Source: Macrostomum lignano
Lineage: Eukaryota
Direction: 5' to 3'
NCBI GenBank assembly: GCA_002269645.1
Contig: NIVC01002498.1
Coordinates: 1 to 64,000 of the forward strand
DNA: 64,000 nucleotides
Under the pieces are notes generated by a model. It was not told the DNA's origin. It saw only the letters and a program-made list of their open reading frames with translations, and did not search any database. This document shows positions 59,801-64,000 of this stretch, in pieces (the stretch's first letter is position 1; each line of letters starts with the position of its first letter). A program made the position numbers and the translations under genes.

Positions 59801-62800
59801 ACGCCAACCACCGGACGTCCTGATCCTACACTCTCCACCCCTCGATACGCCAACCACCGGACGTCCTGATCCTACACTCTCCACCTCTCGATGCACCACC
59901 CACCGGACATCCTGATCCTACACACTCCACCCCTCGATGCACCACCCACCCTCACGTCCTGATCCTACACACTCTACCCCTCGATGCACCACCCACCCGC
60001 ACGTCCTGATCCTACACACTCCACCCCTCGATGCACCAACCACCGGACGTCCTGATCCTACACACAACACCCCTCGATGCACCAACCACCGGACGTCCTG
60101 ATCCTACACACTCTACCCCTCGATGCACCACCCACCCGCACGTCCTGATCCTACACACTCCACCCCTCGATGCATCACCCACCCGGATGTCCTGATGCTA
60201 GACACGGTCGCTCCTCGATGAACCAACAACTGCACACTCCTTTTTTCTATCTAAGTTAATTCAGCAGAACGAGCACGCACTGTAATAGGAGAAGTCTGTA
60301 ACGGAGGCCACAGCCACGGCGCAGGAGCAGTACGAGTTGTTGGCATTGAACGGATGGCCCAGCATGTGCAGCGCCAGGAAGCCGCCGTAGGACCAGCCGA
60401 ATAGGGCCACAGCCGAGCTGTTAACGTACTGCAGCGAGCGGAGCGCCTTCAACGCGTCCATCTGGTCCTGAAGCTCGACTCCGGCAAAGCTGCTCTTGAT
60501 GGCGAACAGGAAGTCGGAGCCCCGGTTGCCGGTGCCGCGGCCATCCACACTAGCGGTGATGAAGTGCAGCGCGCTACCCATGTAGTGCTGCCAGCCCAGC
60601 TCGAAACGACGGGTCACCATTTGAGCAGTTGGACCGCCGTAGCTGCCCAGGGCACAGAGTTATTTGGAAGGCTATAATCAGCGCGCTTATTCAGCTCAAA
60701 CAATTTTTAGGCATGCCAATGACTGCAATTCGCATTTATAAAAAGTCTTCAAACATATCCTTACACTTTGAGCAGCAGCGGGTACTTAGTGATGTGAGAC
60801 TCGTTCAGCTGAGCTGGCACCAGCAGTTTCGCGTTCACCTCCAACGGGTCGGCGCGCTCCTTGTCTGTTGTCCGTTTGCGCAGCAGCAGCCGCTTGAATA
60901 CCGGCCGAGGAATTCGCCTGGTTGACAGACGCTGCTTCAGCAAGTCGTTTCGTTCCAGCGTTGCCTGGACAGGATATCCGCCTTGGGTTGGAGAAGGGTG
61001 ACGGCAAATTGAAGTGGTGCAACAGGAGGATGTAATGTACAGTTATGCGAACTGTGCAATTATGTGATTAGCTGTGGCTCGGACTCACTGGAATAGTCAT
61101 TGTGCCGTAGGAAATACTGGAAAGGCTCCGGGCCCAAGCATTCGTGCAGGAAATGTTCGCCAGAGTGGCTGAACGAACCGAGGCTGTAATCGCAGGTGGC
61201 ATTAAACGGGTGCAGCAGCGGCTCGCAGGTCATACAGTTAGCAACGGGAGACTGCTGGTCGGAGCTGGGGACAGGAATTCTGGAATGGTCAAATGATCGG
61301 CTGTGGAAAGTTGTTGCACCCGAGACCTGCGGCACTGGACTGCGACGCGATGCTGCTGCGACACTCAGCAACCCTGCGCTCATTAAACACCTGAGCAAAT
61401 GTTTTCAGTTCAAATCATCAATCTACCAGTGGCATTCTCTTACCTGTGAACGTGCATTTTGGTAGCATCGCATGAGTCAGTCTGTTCTCGGCATGACAAG
61501 AAGTACAGGTGCCTGCGTGACGAGTCAAAGTGCACGATGTCTGATACGTCGTAGGCTGCCGGTGTGATCCACTGCAGCACTTTGAAGCTGTCAGTCTGCG
61601 GGAGAGGTTGAGGATGAGTTTGAGCAGGAAGTGGAAGAACGGGTGAGATTTGGGGTGATTTTTAGCGCAGGGTATAGACAGGTGAGATTTGGGGTGATTT
61701 TGAGCAGAGTTAGACAGATGTGATTTGGGGTGACTTTGAGCATGGTATAGACAGGTGAGATTTTGGGGTGATTTTGAGCAGGGTGTCTACATGTGAGATT
61801 TGGGGTGATTTTGAGCAGGGTGTCTACAGGTGAGATTTGGGGTGATTTTGAGCAGGGTGTAGACAGGTAAGATTAGTAATGAGTTTGAGCAGACGAGACA
61901 CTCAGCAGCTCGGTCACTCACCCTGAGGTGAGCTATCCGTCTAAATCCAGAATTGTGCAGCACGATGAAGATGCGGTTTCCCGTAGGGTCCACCAGAGGC
62001 TGCGAGTTTGTCTGCTTCATCAGCTCAACCCAGCCAGTTGGTCTGTGCTCGTTGTAGATCTGAAAAAATGATATCGGCTTCTGAACAGTTTTCATTTCAC
62101 TTCCAACGTAGTCTACCGGGTTCCCAGGGGCAGAGCAGCCCAGAGGTTTAAACACCTCAAACCCCGCGCCCATCTCCTACACCTACATCCCACATCCAAC
62201 AACCCGCATCCCATACCCCACAACCCATCTACCAGCCTCAAGCCCCTCACCAGCGAGCAGGTGGCCTCGGGCAGCCGGCAGACGGTGAGGCAGCCCTCAG
62301 TTTGGCTCCTGTCGAGCCAGGCCAGCAGCAGGCGGTCGGCGTCCAGCCACCGCACGGCTCCGATGTAGTGCTCCTCCGGCACCGGGCCGGGCCTGGCCAG
62401 CTGGGCTGTCCGCGTGGTTTTCACGTCGAACACGTGGACGGTGACGTTGGAGATGGGCGCCCCCACGGAGCCGGCCTTGGGGTAGTAGACGCTGCGGCGC
62501 TGAGGGTAGGCGGCCTCCGGGCTGCCGAACCACTGCATCTCGTACCGGCCAGTCCGGCTGTCGTTGAAGCGAAGGTAGGCGATCCGCTGGTTGCCAGGTG
62601 AGACCCACAGGGCTGTGCTGGTCTCTAGGATCTCCTCTGTTCAGGTGCGATTCGAGAAAATTTGTGGCATGGGAAAAGTGTGAGAGAAGTAGTCTTGAGT
62701 AGGGGTGTGAACCTGGTATTGCTACCTGGGCAGGTGTGAATTCGCTGATAAGAAATTATCTATATGCAACCGATATGGATCTGAGCCTACCTGGGCAGGT

Positions 62801-63963
62801 GTGAATTCGCTGATAAGAAATTATCTATATGCAACCGATATGGATCTGAGCCTACCTGGGCAGGTGTGAATTCGCTGATAAGAAATTATCTATATGCAAC
62901 CGATATGAATCGGAGCCTACCTGGGCAGGTGTGAATTCGCTGGTAAGAAATTATCTATATGCAACCGATATGGATCTGAGCCTACCTGGGCAGGTGTGAA
63001 TTCGCTGATAAGAAATTATCTATATGCAACCGATATGGATCTGAGCCTACCTGGGCAGGTGTGAATTCGCTGATAAGAAATTATCTATATGCAACCGATA
63101 TGAATCGGAGCCTACCTGGGCAGGTGTGAATTCGCTGGTAAGAAATTATCTATATGCAACCGATATGGATCTGAGCCTACCTGGGCAGGTGTGAATTCGC
63201 TGGTAAGAAATTATCTATATGCAACCGATATGGATCTGAGCCTACCTGGGCAGGTGTGAATTCGCTGGTAAGAAATTATCTATATGCAACCGATATGGAT
63301 CTGAGCCTACCTGGGCAGGTGTGAATTCGCTGGTAAGAAATTATCTATATGCAACCGATATGGATCTGAGCCTACCTGGGCAGGTGTGAATTCGCTGGTA
63401 AGAAATTATCTATATGCAACCGATATGGATCTGAGCCTACCTGGGCAGGTGTGAATTCGCTGATAAGAAATTATCTGTATGCAATCGATATGGATCTGAG
63501 CCTACCTGGGCAGGTGTGAATTCGCTGATAAGAAATTATCTGTATGCAATCGATATGGATCTGAGCCTACTTGGGTAGGTGTGAATTCGCTGATAAGAAA
63601 TTATCAATGCGCAAGCGATGTTAATCTGAGCCTACCTGGGCAGGTGTGAATTCGCTGATAAGAAATTATCTATATGCAACCGATATGGATCTGAGCCTAC
63701 CTGGGCAGGTGTGAATTCGCTGATAAGAAATTATCTACATGTATGAGTTAAACTTGGGCCATAAGTAACTTAACGTTGATGATGAACTAGCTGTACTTGC
63801 TATTATTCGCACTAAATTAGCAATTGTCAGTTTCAATACCTTCGTACACCCACGACGCGATGCCGTTGGCGATGGCAGGGTCGCCGCGGTTGTCGGTGAT
63901 CCGAACCGGCGCCATGTTGAAGGGGTCCTCAGCGTAGTAAATGTTGTTCTGGTAGACAAAAGC
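56809..63963 (-). CDS. DPP4: Dipeptidyl peptidase 4 family (S9B) protein, 5' part beyond the window
   Basis: Exons 63840-63963, 62251-62636, 61922-62059, 61444-61595, 61089-61390, 60765-60981, 60281-60642, 57347-57481, 57199-57272, 56809-56970. Motifs: NGIASWVYEEEI, LWVSPGNQRIAYLRFND, YPKAG, KYPLLLKVYGGP, DGRGTG, GWSYGG, HGTADDNVH, YPDDSH. Confidence 0.9.
57551..57677. repeat. About 20-bp tandem array, DPP intron
   Basis: Unit ATTGAGTGAGGGAGATTG(G/A)A. Confidence 0.9.
58372..60200. repeat. 47-bp tandem array, DPP intron
   Basis: Unit GTCCTGATCCTACACACTCCACCCCTCGATGCACCACCCACC(CTCAC/GGAC). Confidence 0.97.
61648..61872. repeat. 37-bp tandem array, DPP intron
   Basis: Unit GAGCAGGGTGTAGACAGGTGAGATTTGGGGTGATTTT. 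Confidence 0.9.
62723..63737. repeat. 65-bp tandem array, DPP intron
   Basis: Unit GAGCCTACCTGGGCAGGTGTGAATTCGCTGATAAGAAATTATCTATATGCAACCGATATGGATCT. Confidence 0.97.
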
Positions 63964-64000
63964 CTGGGCGGGGAGTTCAGGGTTTCAGTTGGTGAGCTGT

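Noticed and set aside
62723-63737. Regular 65-bp array as a possible CRISPR
   Set aside because: No unique spacers, eukaryotic intron, no cas genes.

Overview
Eukaryotic (metazoan) genomic DNA with GC-rich exons, GT-AG introns and many introns filled by their own 16-65 bp tandem arrays. This architecture resembles the flatworm Macrostomum (inference, not proven). Hand-spliced gene models: a 9-exon Brahma/SMARCA2/4 gene (+, 1921-15505, two 1-bp frameshifts that look like assembly errors); two paralogous intronic box H/ACA snoRNA candidates in its introns 3 and 4, whose 5' pockets match the conserved 5.8S rRNA motif GUGAAUUGCAGGA as recalled from human/yeast; an inverted pair of small secreted three-finger-like genes; a secreted PAN + ALK/LTK-type glycine-rich-domain gene; a 39-aa two-exon Cys-rich microprotein plus an orphan copy of its exon 2; a disrupted GDA1/CD39 NTPDase fragment; stonin; an intronless class A GPCR; a head-to-head pair of PAN + fibrinogen-domain genes; and the 3' part of a DPP4-family peptidase with an intact Ser/Asp/His triad. 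Mobile DNA: foldback MITEs, a Tc1-derived foldback, Crypton-like and Gypsy-integrase-like relics, and two tRNA-derived SINE families. No database search was possible; family calls rest on recognised motifs. Repeat boundaries are approximate.
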